64,000 nt of DNA from Octopus vulgaris (lineage: Eukaryota): the NCBI GenBank assembly GCA_951406725.2, contig OX597820.1, forward strand, positions 68,324,001 to 68,388,000, written 5' to 3'. The notes beneath the pieces were generated by a model. It was not told where the DNA came from. It saw only the letters and a program-made list of their open reading frames with translations, and ran no database searches. Positions 39,420 through 51,030 of this stretch are shown here, piece after piece; within the stretch, counting starts at the first letter, position 1, and each line of letters begins with the position of its first letter. The translations under genes were made by a program, and so were the position numbers.

Positions 39420-40225
39420 GTAAAAGCACGGAAGCTAAAATTTACGGTCAGTTTGCAGGAAATGTAAACGCCAATACAGATACAGAGGCGCGGTGGCTAT
39501 GGATGAGGAGGAATGAAGATAAAGACAGAAGCACTCATATGCGTAGCTGAGGAACAAGCATTAAGGGCCAATTATATGAAACGCAGAATTGACAACACTA
39601 CTGAGAGTGATAAATGCAGAATGCGTGCCGAGAGGGGTGAAACGGCATGGCAGATCGTTAGCAAATGCTCGAAATTGGCACTATACGAACAGAAACGACG
39701 CCATGACAATGCGGCAAGAATGATCCATTGGGAGTTCTGTGGGAAATCATGGCCTACAAAGAGCAAAACGTGGTATGAGAAAACTTCACAAGGAATCACC
39801 AAATTGAGGACTGCAAAATCCTGTGGGAGGTAATGATCCAGTGCGATCACCCAACCAGACATAGAAAACTGGACATTGTTGTGGTGAACAGAAAAGAAAG
39901 AACATGTATGATAATCGACATAGCATGTTCCAGTGACAACAGGTTCAATGTGAAAGAAGAAACAAACAACTATGGCGATTTAAAGTGGGATATATGAAGG
40001 TTGTGGTCAATGAAGAGAGTAGACGTGGTAGCAATAGTAATTGGTGCGCTTGGAATCATCAACACTCAACTACCAACATGGCTAAAAAAACATCAGTGCA
40101 AGTCTAAAGGTAGAGCACCTACAAAAATCAGCATTGCTTGGAACTGCAAGCATTCTTCGCAGGAAGCTTGAAGCATGGCCAGTAAACAAGTGTCCCCTTA
40201 GTCTGCCTGACATACAAGTCATGAT
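39420..40225 (+). mobile_element. R4/Dong-like retrotransposon 3' fragment (zinc knuckle + RLE)
   Basis: TEALICVAEEQALRANY...KCRM...ETAWQIVSKC...KRRHDNAARMIHW...ILWEVMIQCD...DIVVVN...CMIIDIAC...IVIGALG...LQKSALLGTASIL; follows (AAT)n. Confidence 0.85.
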
Positions 40226-40921
40226 AAAAGTGACAAGTTAATAAATTAATTTTTCGCTTAGCCCATAATCACCTCTGATCGAGAAGGTATATTTTCAGCT
40301 ATGAAAATCTAATCTCTAAGTTCATTATATAATGTGTTCTTTACTTTCTAAAAGCAGCAGCTTGTGGCATGAGTGTGGTTTAGATTATATTTGTAGCTGA
40401 CTGAATGATCTCTTAGTAACTCCTATGTCTTGTCTACAACACATGATTATTCAATTAAGCTTTACAGGTAATGAATAAAAAAAAATCTTCGTAATGCAAC
40501 TTATTACCTTAAAAAAGATTACTGCTTATATCAATATATTCCTAGTTTTTTTTAAAAATCATGATACATTTCATTCAAAATAATCCTCACCATTTCAAAT
40601 GTTTTAAATATTTTTGAGGTATCTCTTCTAAAATAATGTCTCATTGAAATGGTTAGTAACATTCAATAGAGCTTTCTCTTACTAAGCTCTTTCTGTCTTA
40701 TTTTTATATCTCTCTTTTCTTTTACTTGTTTCAGTCATTTGACTGCGGCCATGCTGGAGCACCGCCTTTAGTCGAGCAAATCGACCCCGGGACTTATTCT
40801 TTGTAAGCCCAGTACTTATTCTATCGGTCTTTTTTGCCGAACCGCTAAGTGACGGGGACGTAAACACACCAGCATCGGTTGTTAAGCAATGCTAGGGGGA
40901 CAAACACAGACACACAAACAC

Positions 40922-40970
<49 letters not shown>

Positions 40971-41088
40971 AATCAAGGAACGGCCATAATAGGCCATTCA
41001 CCCACTAGAAATAACAGCCAAAAGCTTTAACCGCAAAATAACGTCAATTCCGTAAACCAGGAGAAAATTAAAAAACATTTACCCTGTA

Positions 41089-41195
41089 ATTTCTTAGACG
41101 ATGCACCGTTTCATCTACTGTTTAATGGAAAACTAACCTGATTAAATTAAATCAAGCCAATCTACCATAGGCCCTTAGATTCATCAGTAAGAAAT
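41089..41195 (-). ncRNA. Type I hammerhead ribozyme, copy 1
   Basis: Minus strand: AUUUCUUA-CUGAUGA-AUCUA-(58 nt)-UAGAU-GAAA-CGGUGCAUCG-UC-UAAGAAAU. 8-bp stem I, intact core, 5-bp stem II, self-complementary stem III, GUC site; cleavage predicted between 41097 and 41096. Confidence 0.85.
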
Positions 41196-41578
41196 AGCCA
41201 AGCCGGAACAGATATTTTTCACGAGGCATTCTCGTTGCTACCTCGTCAATATCTGACCTAAAATTTTCAAATCGTCGCACTCGCGCCAAATTTATCGGCA
41301 GCAAATAAATATAAGCCGCCGATTCCATTACGGAATTAACCAGAAAATTCATAATTAATCAATATAGGGTGGCAAAAAAATTTTGTAGAATTCTTTTGCC
41401 ACCAGCGGCCTAGTGGGAAAAAATTAAATAGTCATAAACCATTTTTAAGTTCAACATCACAATCAAGGAACGGCCATAATAGGCCATTCACCCACTAGAA
41501 ATAACAGCCAAAAGCTTTAACCGCAAAATAACGTCAATTCCGTAAACCAGGAGAAAATTAAAAAACATTTACCCTGTA

Positions 41579-41685
41579 ATTTCTTAGACGATGCACCGTT
41601 TCATCTACTGTTTAATGGAAAACTAACCTGATTAAATTAAATCAAGCCAATCTACCATAGGCCCTTAGATTCATCAGTAAGAAAT
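41579..41685 (-). ncRNA. Type I hammerhead ribozyme, copy 2
   Basis: Identical to copy 1, shifted by 490 bp; cleavage predicted between 41587 and 41586. Confidence 0.85.
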
Positions 41686-42041
41686 AGCCAAGCCGGAACA
41701 GATATTTTTCACGAGGCATTCTCGTTGCTACCTCGTCAATATCTGACCTAAAATTTTCAAATCGTCGCACTCGCGCCAAATTTATCGGCAGCAAATAAAT
41801 ATAAGCCGCCGATTCCATTACGGAATTAACCAGAAAATTCATAATTAATCAATATAGGGTGGCAAAAAAATTTTGCGGTTAAAGCTTTTGGCTGTTATTT
41901 CTAGTGGGTGAATGGCCTATTATGGCCGTTCCTTGATTGTGATGTTGAACTTAAAAATGGTTTATGACTATTTAATTTTTTCCCACTAGGCCGCTGGTGG
42001 CAAAAGAATTCTACAAAATTTTTTTGCCACCCTATATTGAT

Positions 42042-42079
<38 letters not shown>

Positions 42080-42641
42080 TACGACAGGCTTCTTTCAGTT
42101 TCCGTCTACCAAATCCACTCACAAGGCATTGGTCGGTCCGGGGCTATAGCAGAAGACACTTGCCCAAGATGCCACGCAGTGGGACTGAACCCGGAACCAT
42201 GTGGTTGGTTAGGAAGCTACTTACCACACAGCCACTCCTGCGCCTATGTACGTAAACCCTCTTCCCTAACTCCATAAAATAAGATTATTCCAATGAAAAA
42301 GTATTCAAGTTTTACCAAAATTACATCGTTTAGCCTTTAAGTATTTTCAAAAGATTTCCTACAATTACAGTAATAATGGTACTGTAGTTCTCTCTCCCCC
42401 ATTTTCTCTCCCCACTCATCCATACGTCTGTGTGAGTGCATATATATATATATATATATAATAATAAATATTAGGGAATAAATCCAAATTTACAGGGAAA
42501 AAAATCAGATTTAGGATTAAATCCAATTTTATAGTAAAATATTAAATAATATTAATTAGAGACAAAACCACTATTTTGCAAAACAAACAAGGAAAGACTT
42601 AATCAATACATAAGATTTTAATAAAAAGTAAAAAAAAACCG

Positions 42642-42684
42642 CCACTACAATTGTTTCTTGTCCTGATCGACAATCTTCAGGTGG
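42642..42684 (-). ncRNA. Minimal hammerhead ribozyme (left arm)
   Basis: Exact reverse complement of 42742-42784. Confidence 0.8.
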
Positions 42685-42741
42685 ACTTCCAATTTTCAAG
42701 TCAGTTTCAAATTATTTGAAACTGACTTGAAAATTGGAAGT

Positions 42742-42784
42742 CCACCTGAAGATTGTCGATCAGGACAAGAAACAATTGTAGTGG
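42742..42784 (+). ncRNA. Minimal hammerhead ribozyme (right arm)
   Basis: ccac-CTGAAGA-ttgtc gatcag gacaa-GAAA-caattg-TA-gtgg. 4-bp stem I, 5-bp stem II, palindromic stem III, GUA cleavage triplet. Confidence 0.8.
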
Positions 42785-42869
42785 CGGTTTTTTTGACTTT
42801 TTATTAAAATCTTATGTATTGATTAAGTCTTTCCTTGTTTGTTTTGCAAAATAGTGGTTTTGTCTCTAA

Positions 42870-42923
<54 letters not shown>

Positions 42924-43010
42924 GGTGTCCTTTACTTATTGACGATTTAAGTCGATTTTCGGCATATTTGGCATTAGAATTTTTTTCGAAAAGCTTTATC
43001 CTATATTATA

Positions 43011-43054
<44 letters not shown>

Positions 43055-43074
43055 GATCTATCTATCTATCTATC

Positions 43075-43127
<53 letters not shown>

Positions 43128-43253
43128 ACTCTTTTGTTTCAGTCATTTGACTGTGGCCATGCTGGACCACCGCCTTTAGTCGAGCAAATCGACTCCACGG
43201 CTTATTCTTTGTAAGCCTAGTATTTATTCTATCGGCCTCTTTTGCCGAACCGC
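43128..43253 (-). mobile_element. SINE family A tail fragment
   Basis: ttgtttcagtcatttgactgtggccatgctggaccaccgcc...ttttgccgaaccgcta. Confidence 0.8.
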
Positions 43254-43825
43254 TATATGTATACACATATATACACACATACATATATATATGTATGTAC
43301 GTATTTATGTTTGTATATATAGCATTTGTAAGTATATGTTTGTCTTTGTAAGTGTAAACGTGCATGTTGTACCTTATGTGCGTATATTTCTGAATATGTA
43401 CGTGTGTAGCATGCTCAAGAATTAATCACAAAACCTAGGTCGTGTTGTTACACACCAGATGGAGACCTATTTTCAGCTGTCGTAAATTACCTGATGAGAC
43501 TGCACACTATTTTAAAGTAACGTTTCTTATTACGTTGAGAGTCCTTAACTTACCAAGTACCCTCCTGAAGCAGCTAAAGCAAACAAAGGCACTAGTTTTG
43601 AAGATACAATGAAAAAGACCTTTTTGTTAGAAAATTCACACCACCTGTTTTAGTCTTTGTGTACATCTTCTGTTCTATTAGTGGCGTTAATTCGTTTGTA
43701 ATCCCTGTACATCGTTTCATAAACCAAGATCATTTCTATCTTCCAAGCAGAGATGGTCCAAATTTTACTATACGTCATTCTTAGACTATCCTTATGACAT
43801 ATATTGACAAGATATAATCCTAAAT

Positions 43826-44145
43826 GGAGGCGTAATGGCCCAGTGGTTAGCGCAGCACACTCGCGGTCGGAGGATCGCGGTTTCGATTCTCAAACTGGGT
43901 GTTGTGTGTGTTTATTGAGCAAAAACACCTAAAAGCTCCACGAGGCTCCGGCAGGGGATCGTGGTGACCTCTGTTGTACTCTTTCACCCCAATTTTCTCT
44001 CACTCTCTCTTCCTGTTTCTTGAGTAACGCTGCGATGGACTGGCGTCCCGTCCAGCTGTGGGGAACACTTACGCCACAGAAACCTGGAAACCGGGCCCAT
44101 GAGCCTGGCTAGGCTTGAAAAGGGTGCATAAATAAATAAAACAAA
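43826..44145 (+). mobile_element. tRNA-derived SINE family C
   Basis: ggaggcgtaatggcccagtggttag (A box)...ggtttcgattct (B box), aagctccacgaggctccggcag, gctgcgatggactggcgtcccgtccag; (taaa)n tail; related to 17999-18313. Confidence 0.88.
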
Positions 44146-44655
44146 TAGTTTTGTGTAATCTTTGAAAAATAATATAGAGGCTTAAAATTATTTTAATAAA
44201 ATATACTGTTTATCCAGCTTCACTAAAATGGTTTATGTAAATGCATATTTAATATCCATAACAAACTAATATGATTAAGATATATTAATAGTAAACGTGT
44301 TGTATTTCAAATACCTAATATGTGCCTATAAGCGATAAAAACGGATTACTTTCAGTAAATTTACCTTCATTGCAGTTATACTTTTATACGTGAAGCGTAA
44401 AACAATATTGGCTTGGAATATATCGTGTACAGTCATTCTAAACTCACTTGAAAATATTAATGCATTTGTATGAGACTTAAATAAGAATGTTGATGTGACA
44501 CTAAAAAGTACTTGGATGTTTGTATACATAGCATTTGTAAGTGTATGTGTGTGTGTGCATGTAGACCAGTAACTGAGACCAGTTAAAGCACATATTCATA
44601 TATTCATATATACATACATACATGCATGCATGTATACATACATACATACATACAT

Positions 44656-44846
44656 GGCGTGGTTGCGTGGCTAGAAGCTTGCTTCCAAAGCACATGGTTC
44701 CGGTTTCAATCCTATTGCGTGGCACCTTGAGCATGTGATATCTAATCTAGCCCCGATCCGACCAAAGCCTTGTAAGTGGATTTGGAAGATGGAAACTGAA
44801 AGAAGCCAGTCATGTATACACACACACACATATATATGTATGTATG

Positions 44847-44884
<38 letters not shown>

Positions 44885-45118
44885 TGTGTGTGTATGTGCA
44901 TGTGCGTGTGTGTGCGTATGCGTTTGTTACCCCCACCATCAATTGACAACCGATGGTGGTGCATTTACGACCCCGTAATTTAGCGGTTCGGCAAAAGAGC
45001 CCGATAGAATTAGAACTAGACTTACAAAAATGTCCTTGGGTCGATTTCTTCGACTAAAGTCGGTGCTCCAGCATGACTGCGGCCAAAATGACTAAAACAA
45101 GTAAAATAATAAAAGAAT
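44656..45118 (+). mobile_element. SINE family A
   Basis: Head ggcgtggttgcgtggctagaagcttgcttcc through tail atgactaaaacaagtaaaa. Confidence 0.82.
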
Positions 45119-45427
45119 ACATACATACATGCATATATACATACATACATACATAGTCACACACATATATGGATGAAGTAAGACCAGCAATGAATTTAAC
45201 ACAATCTGCATGTAAACGACATCATAGGAAAAATTACACAGTATGTGTAGTCGAATAGGATGGGTGGAACGTCATCGGACTAGCATTAAGCGGTGCCTCT
45301 TGCTTTGGGTGAAGATCATTTGGAGTTGATTGTAATAGGAGGAAACCGAACATTGAGTACAATAAAAAGGATAATAATTCTTTCACAATGTCTGAAATTC
45401 TGTGGGATTTTGCCAGCTCAACACCTA

Positions 45428-45625
45428 AATAATAATAATAATAGTAATAGTAATAGTAATAGTAATAGTAATAATAATAATAATAGTAATAGTAATAGTA
45501 ATAGTAATAATAGTAATAGTAATAGTAATAATAGTAATAGTAATAGTAATAGTAATAGTGATGATGGTGATGATGGTGATGATGGTGATGATGGTGATGA
45601 AGATGATGATGATGATGATGATGAT
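45428..45625. repeat. (AAT/AGT)n then (GAT/GGT)n tract
   Basis: Direct reading; poly-NS/poly-D ORF. Confidence 0.9.
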
Positions 45626-45627
45626 AT

Positions 45628-46182
45628 ATGCCCCGATGCAGTACCAGGCAGTGGCTCTCGTGGCTTCTGATCTTAACTGATTGGACGTGTTATCATGTAC
45701 ATTATTTTCTCTTGGTATAAAAGATGGGCTACAGCAAATATTCTGCTCAATACCACAGATTTGTTTGTCAGTTGCTTGACCTTAACTAGTTGAGCATGTC
45801 CTTTAGTGGCTGACGATATGTGCGTCTCTGATCACGAGCAGAAGTAGTGGGGGAGCATCATAGCCATGTGTTGAGAAGGATTATTTGGGGTTTGAATTAT
45901 TCACCTCTGGAAACATGGGTGTTTCGTTCAACGTCCTTAAACAACCCTTATTAAGGGACCTTTTGAGCGGGATGGGTTACTCGACCACAAGAAAATTCTA
46001 ACTGGTCTCCATCTGCAAGGTCATGTCCTGTTTACCTTGAAATGAGATCGCCATGTCGCGCACACATGGTTGTGATGCATGTGCCTAGTGTACCCTTAAC
46101 AGACGGGTAGTCATGATGGGTATACTGGGCTTCGTATATTTTACCCCAGTGTTGCTTTAATGACATGCACTGCTCTCTCACT
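45628..46182 (+). mobile_element. ~555-bp non-coding retroelement flanked by trinucleotide tracts
   Basis: Second copy at 21274-21610 shares the 3' end gcactgctctctcact followed by AAT/ATT repeats; no ORF and no tRNA head seen. Confidence 0.7.
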
Positions 46183-46185
46183 AAA

Positions 46186-46302
<117 letters not shown>

Positions 46303-46304
46303 CT

Positions 46305-46440
46305 CTTACTATTAAAGGCATAAGGAGGCCTGAAATTTTGGGAAAGGAAGCTAGTCGTATATATTGACTGCAGTGCTGAACTGGGACTTATTTTATCAGC
46401 CTGGAAAGAATGATCGGCAAAGTCAACCTCAGACGAAAAG
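46305..46440 (-). mobile_element. Degenerate SINE family B fragment
   Basis: ggcctgaaattttggg...cagtgctgaactgggacttattttatc...ggcaaagtcaacctc. Confidence 0.55.
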
Positions 46441-48014
46441 CAGAATGACAGGCAGTAATATCATTAATAAGAATAATAAACACACTACTAAATGTAATGA
46501 GGGTTTTTTAAAGAAATAAATATGCATAGTAATAACAACAACAAAAAATGATGATGTAACAGCGGTAATAAGTGCGATAATGTGGTATTTTTGGGGTCCA
46601 GAGTTGCGATAGGTGATGGGAGATGTTACTGCTAATAATATTTTAGAGCAAGCTGTAAATGATGTAGTAGTGATATAATTTCTAAGATTGTTGTGAAAAA
46701 TTGTTGTTTGATATTCACTGGAACCTGTTAAAGTGGATTGATATAGGATATAGGCAAAAAATATATCAGTGACCCTCGAATCTGTATGTTGAAGAGAGGA
46801 GGATACATTAAAATGAAATAGGGGAACAAATTAAATAAAGGAAATGTAGAAAAGAATTCGCTGGGATAAATTGTCTAAGAAAATGTAATTGTATTTTAGC
46901 ATGGTTAAATATTAAGTAAGCCAACATCTTATTCATTAGCTAATTAGTAAGTTAGTTAATTCAAGACCTGTATCAAAAGGTAGAAAGCTAATAATGCAAA
47001 TACTTGAACAGCTGAAAAGAAGGAAATGACGGGATTGATGGGTGGCATTATACTGGGCAGTAGTTAAGTCCACATTACTCCGAAAGGTCCATAGGACCGG
47101 TTTTCCAGTTTCTCTGGCGTCTATATTCCTCTCTGGAGAGGACGCTGGTCCATCGCAGAATGGAGCAACCCAAAAGTTTAGGTTGAAAATATTAAAATTA
47201 AAGGAAGAAATAATACAGGAATGTAAAATCATTTCTATTCTAGAAATGCGCTATTTGGCTAAATTTGAGAAAGTTGTGTGTAGCATGTGTTATTCCACAA
47301 GGCACAGAAGCTTGTAGAACAATATATCAACTCTTTGAACCATTTCATAGAGGCGTTTGTCTATTCATCAACAATTGAATATGACCACTTATTACTGACA
47401 ACACCAAAATATAACATGAGTTGCTATGATTATAATTAATTATATGATCAATTTACTCCCTTTTTAAAAAATATTTTCTTATTAACCTGGAAGGGATAAA
47501 ATATATAGGAAATATTTTTGCACCAATTAATAAAAATAAAATAACAAAGAAAAAAGTTACTCATGTATAAATAAAGCTATAGTCCCACAAAAAAAAAATA
47601 CAAATCTATCCATAATACAATGCTGTGTATTACTACGGTATAACTTATGAAATGGCATTTATTTTGTGTTATGCGTTAGTTTATTACGGAGGCAAGACTG
47701 CTTTCAACTACATAACTCTTGATTGCTGTGTAAAAATAGAAACTTGGATGTTTGAAACCAATTAAATATTCATTGGGAGTTTTATATGTATTTTGCTCTA
47801 ATTAGGCTTCCATTAGCTAAATTGACTTTACATCCACTAGAGCCAATGGTAGTATCAGAATTCTTCCGCTCAAGACTGGAGAGCTTTAATGGTATTAATA
47901 TTTCTTCAGGCATTGCTAAATGATTGAAACGTAATATTGTCATTCTGCTGTTGAGTTGAGTGAGGGCTTCTTTATTTCAGAGCTTTAGAGTAGGCCTACA
48001 GTCAAAAGATGGAG

Positions 48015-48016
<2 letters not shown>

Positions 48017-48075
<59 letters not shown>

Positions 48076-48093
48076 TGTATATATGTATGTATG

Positions 48094-48143
<50 letters not shown>

Positions 48144-48454
48144 TATATACATATATACATATATATATATACATACGCACACACATATATGCGTGTGTGC
48201 GTATGTATTATATATTACATATCTATATATATTATATATATGATATATATACATATATACGTATATATATGCATATATACATATATTGATACACGCACAT
48301 ACATATTATCTAAATATGTGTATATGCATATATACGTATATAGATACATGCATATATACATACTACACACACACATATATATATAAATGTTTATATATAT
48401 ATATATATCTGTGTACATCTACATACGTAAATATGTATATGTGCGAATATACAA

Positions 48455-48499
<45 letters not shown>
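48017..48499. repeat. (TA)n-rich low-complexity block
   Basis: Direct reading. Confidence 0.9.
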
Positions 48500-48501
<2 letters not shown>

Positions 48502-48712
48502 GATTCCGCCCAAAAAGTGTATGCTCACTTCAGGAAAGGAAATATCTGAATAAATATTTAATTTATATTTGTACCCCTATAAATATAATTACCTCTTTCC
48601 ATGTTTTATGAACTTGCGATAACATTGAAAAAATTACAATAACACTGAATTAAAATATATATACAAATTTTTCCTTTCCTGAAGTGTGTATACATTTTTT
48701 TGGCGGACTATG
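48500..48712. mobile_element. Tc1/mariner-type MITE
   Basis: TIRs tccgcccaaaaagtgtatgctcacttcaggaaaggaaa / tttcctttcctgaagtgtgtatacatttttttggcgga; preceded by TA. Confidence 0.7.
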
Positions 48713-49064
48713 TTTAAAAATGCGTTTCATCTTCGCAAGAACGACAAGTTCTACTATTATCTAACTAGGCAAATGAAGTAAAAATATCGCAAAAAACAAA
48801 CACAGAAATCTCTAACTCTATTCAATAACACCCTCTGTCAATAAAGATGTAGCCAGAGAATCTATGGGATTAGTTATCCGTCATAAAAAAATTCAAAAAA
48901 TATCAATTTTATTTCAGCAACAGCGTCTAACGGAGAAAAATTGAATGAAATATTTGCTATTTCACTTGTCATGCTCCATATTATTTTACCTGGATCAGTA
49001 GACCCTCGATCTTCTTACGAAAGCGAAGATATAAGTGAGAATGGTAGTCTTTTCACTGGTGGTC

Positions 49065-49386
49065 TGTGTCTCCGTCGGTTACGATGCTAAGAATTGCAGA
49101 TGGTTCGATCAACGGAACAGCCTGCATGTGAAATTGACGTGCAAGTGTCTAAGCACACCACAGACACACATATCCTTAACATAGTTATCAGTGAGATTCA
49201 GCGTGACACACCGAATGGTGACAAAGCTGGCCCTTTAAAATTCAAGTACGACTCAGTTTAGCCAGCCGAATAGGAAGTTGCAACGTGAAATAAATTATCT
49301 TGCTTAAGATCACAACGCACAGATGGCAATTGAACTCACGACTTGACGGTTGTAAGCCGATTTCCTTAACCACTATATCATACGCC
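49065..49386 (-). mobile_element. tRNA-derived SINE with Ceph-domain-like body (diverged)
   Basis: ctccgtcggttacga...gatcaacggaacagcctgc...gagattcagcgtgacaca...gtgacaaagctggcccttt, with head taaccactatatcatacgcc. The Ceph-domain label is from memory. Confidence 0.6.
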
Positions 49387-51030
49387 TTGCTACCGAAATA
49401 TAAATGCATTTTATGCACAGAACTCTTTAGGATAATGTAATTTACGGATAAACCTATAATTGTTGTGCTCAGCAACGAAATTGATTTTGCTCTCGGAAAC
49501 GTTTTATCATACCTATAATGACATTCCTGAAGTGAATTCATACAGAAAACCCCCAAAGCATGTGCCAATCCTTGTTGGAACATATATACAGTTGTAGTTT
49601 AGTATAATATCTCACTCGAAATGATCCAAGCGTGACTATCCCGTATTTTTAATTTCAAGTACTATATTGTCTTCTGTGCACTTTTTCATTTAAAATGGTG
49701 TTTGTATCTGAAGGTTACCAGTTATCCTTTTAAATTTAGTAGTCACATATCCCTCATGACAAACACAACTGTGTACAAGAAGAATCTTCAGCTGAAGTAG
49801 AACTAAAAACTCCATAAATTATAAAATTGACTACATTGTGATGGTAGGAAATTATTTGACCATTGACTGCTTGATCAGGAATATCAAAATGTCATGGAGA
49901 TAACCATTAGTAGTAGAAACAAAAAGTATCCGTGTTCCATTAACCTACATTTAAATATTTTCACATCTTCAGTCGCGAGACAATTTTAATGTTAAACCGC
50001 CCCAGCACGAAGATATAAACTACGTATTTATTGAGAAATATAACTTATATGACGCGAGTGTGATGAAATAAAATAGGCAATGAGCGAAAGATAGACAGAT
50101 AGATAGTGAAAAAAAGAAAGATAATGAGGAGAGGGTGAGTGAGTGAGTAAAAGAGAGAGGGAGAGAGGGGTGAAAGAGGGAGAGAGAGAGAAAAAGAATA
50201 TGCAAAAGATAGACAAAGAGGTAGCAAAGGATAGATGGAAAGTGTAAAAGGGTGAAAAGAAATAGTTTGGATGGTTCGACAATTTAATTGTCAAAAGCAA
50301 TAACCTATCACAGAGTATACCTCATCCTATTTAGTGAGGTATCATCAAATTATCTGTGCACTATTTCTTTTCTCATTTTCTTACCTTTATCAATCGCACA
50401 CTAATGATTAACCGTCATCCCACGCTTTCTTGATAAAATCTTTTATCAGCAAATGGTTGACATAACAAAACTCTTACATCTATCACAAGGTATTAAGTTC
50501 TATTAACTTAACTTTCGGATTTCTATTGATTAAAGTGGCTCGTTTATTCGTTAAGTACTTTGCAGGCGTATTATTGGATTTTACAAAAATAAAAATAAAA
50601 AATAAACACAACTGCTATTTCAATCTATCACTGGATTTTTCTTAAGTGAAAAGAATATTTTAAATCGTAGCAGCTGTTAACTCAGAACAGGAAATAATTA
50701 CGCTTAATACCAGGGTTGTTTCTCCATCTGCAATTTCGTACATCACAGATGACACTCAGACGAAAGCAAGTAGCGCGCCCGCGCGATTGTGTGGAATAAA
50801 ACTTGTTTTACAGAAACCTGTAACTCCTAACCAATTCCGAATTGTCAGAATGCCTATTTTATCGAGGTTGTATCTTGCTCCTGAGGAAGTGCTATTTACT
50901 CTAAATTTCAGTGTGATAACATAACGTCTCACAAGCTTCCAAAAATCGTTTTCTCACTAAAACATGCACCAAACATTGCAACAAGCAATCTTTAATTTTA
51001 AAGACAATTTCTCTCTAGAACTGCTTCATT

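Larger units (their letters stand above)
40966..42044 (-). mobile_element. Retrozyme/Penelope-type non-autonomous retroelement: 490-bp unit x1.86 plus 175-bp inverted tail
   Basis: 40966-41455 repeats at 41456-41875 with no difference seen by eye. 41870-42044 is the reverse complement of 41355-41529. (TA)n on both sides; one hammerhead per unit. Confidence 0.85.
40712..42244 (-). mobile_element. SINE family A hosting the retrozyme-like insertion in its (TA)n
   Basis: Tail 40712-40920 and head 42081-42244 are well conserved; 40966-42044 interrupts the internal (TA)n. Confidence 0.9.
42461..42879. mobile_element. Palindromic Penelope-type terminal element in (TA)n
   Basis: 42546-42879 is a near-perfect palindrome centred on 42713 (one indel and one substitution in the A-run); (TA)n on both sides. 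Confidence 0.85.

Noticed and set aside
41152-41842. Duplicated 66-aa minus-strand ORF MNFLVNSVMESAAY...
   Set aside because: No recognisable motif, overlaps the ribozyme, and is duplicated only because the unit is. Not called as a CDS, though translation cannot be excluded.
43826-43900. tRNA-like sequences (also 63736-63810, 18240-18313)
   Set aside because: A/B boxes run straight into SINE bodies with tails or TSDs; acceptor stems are not intact.
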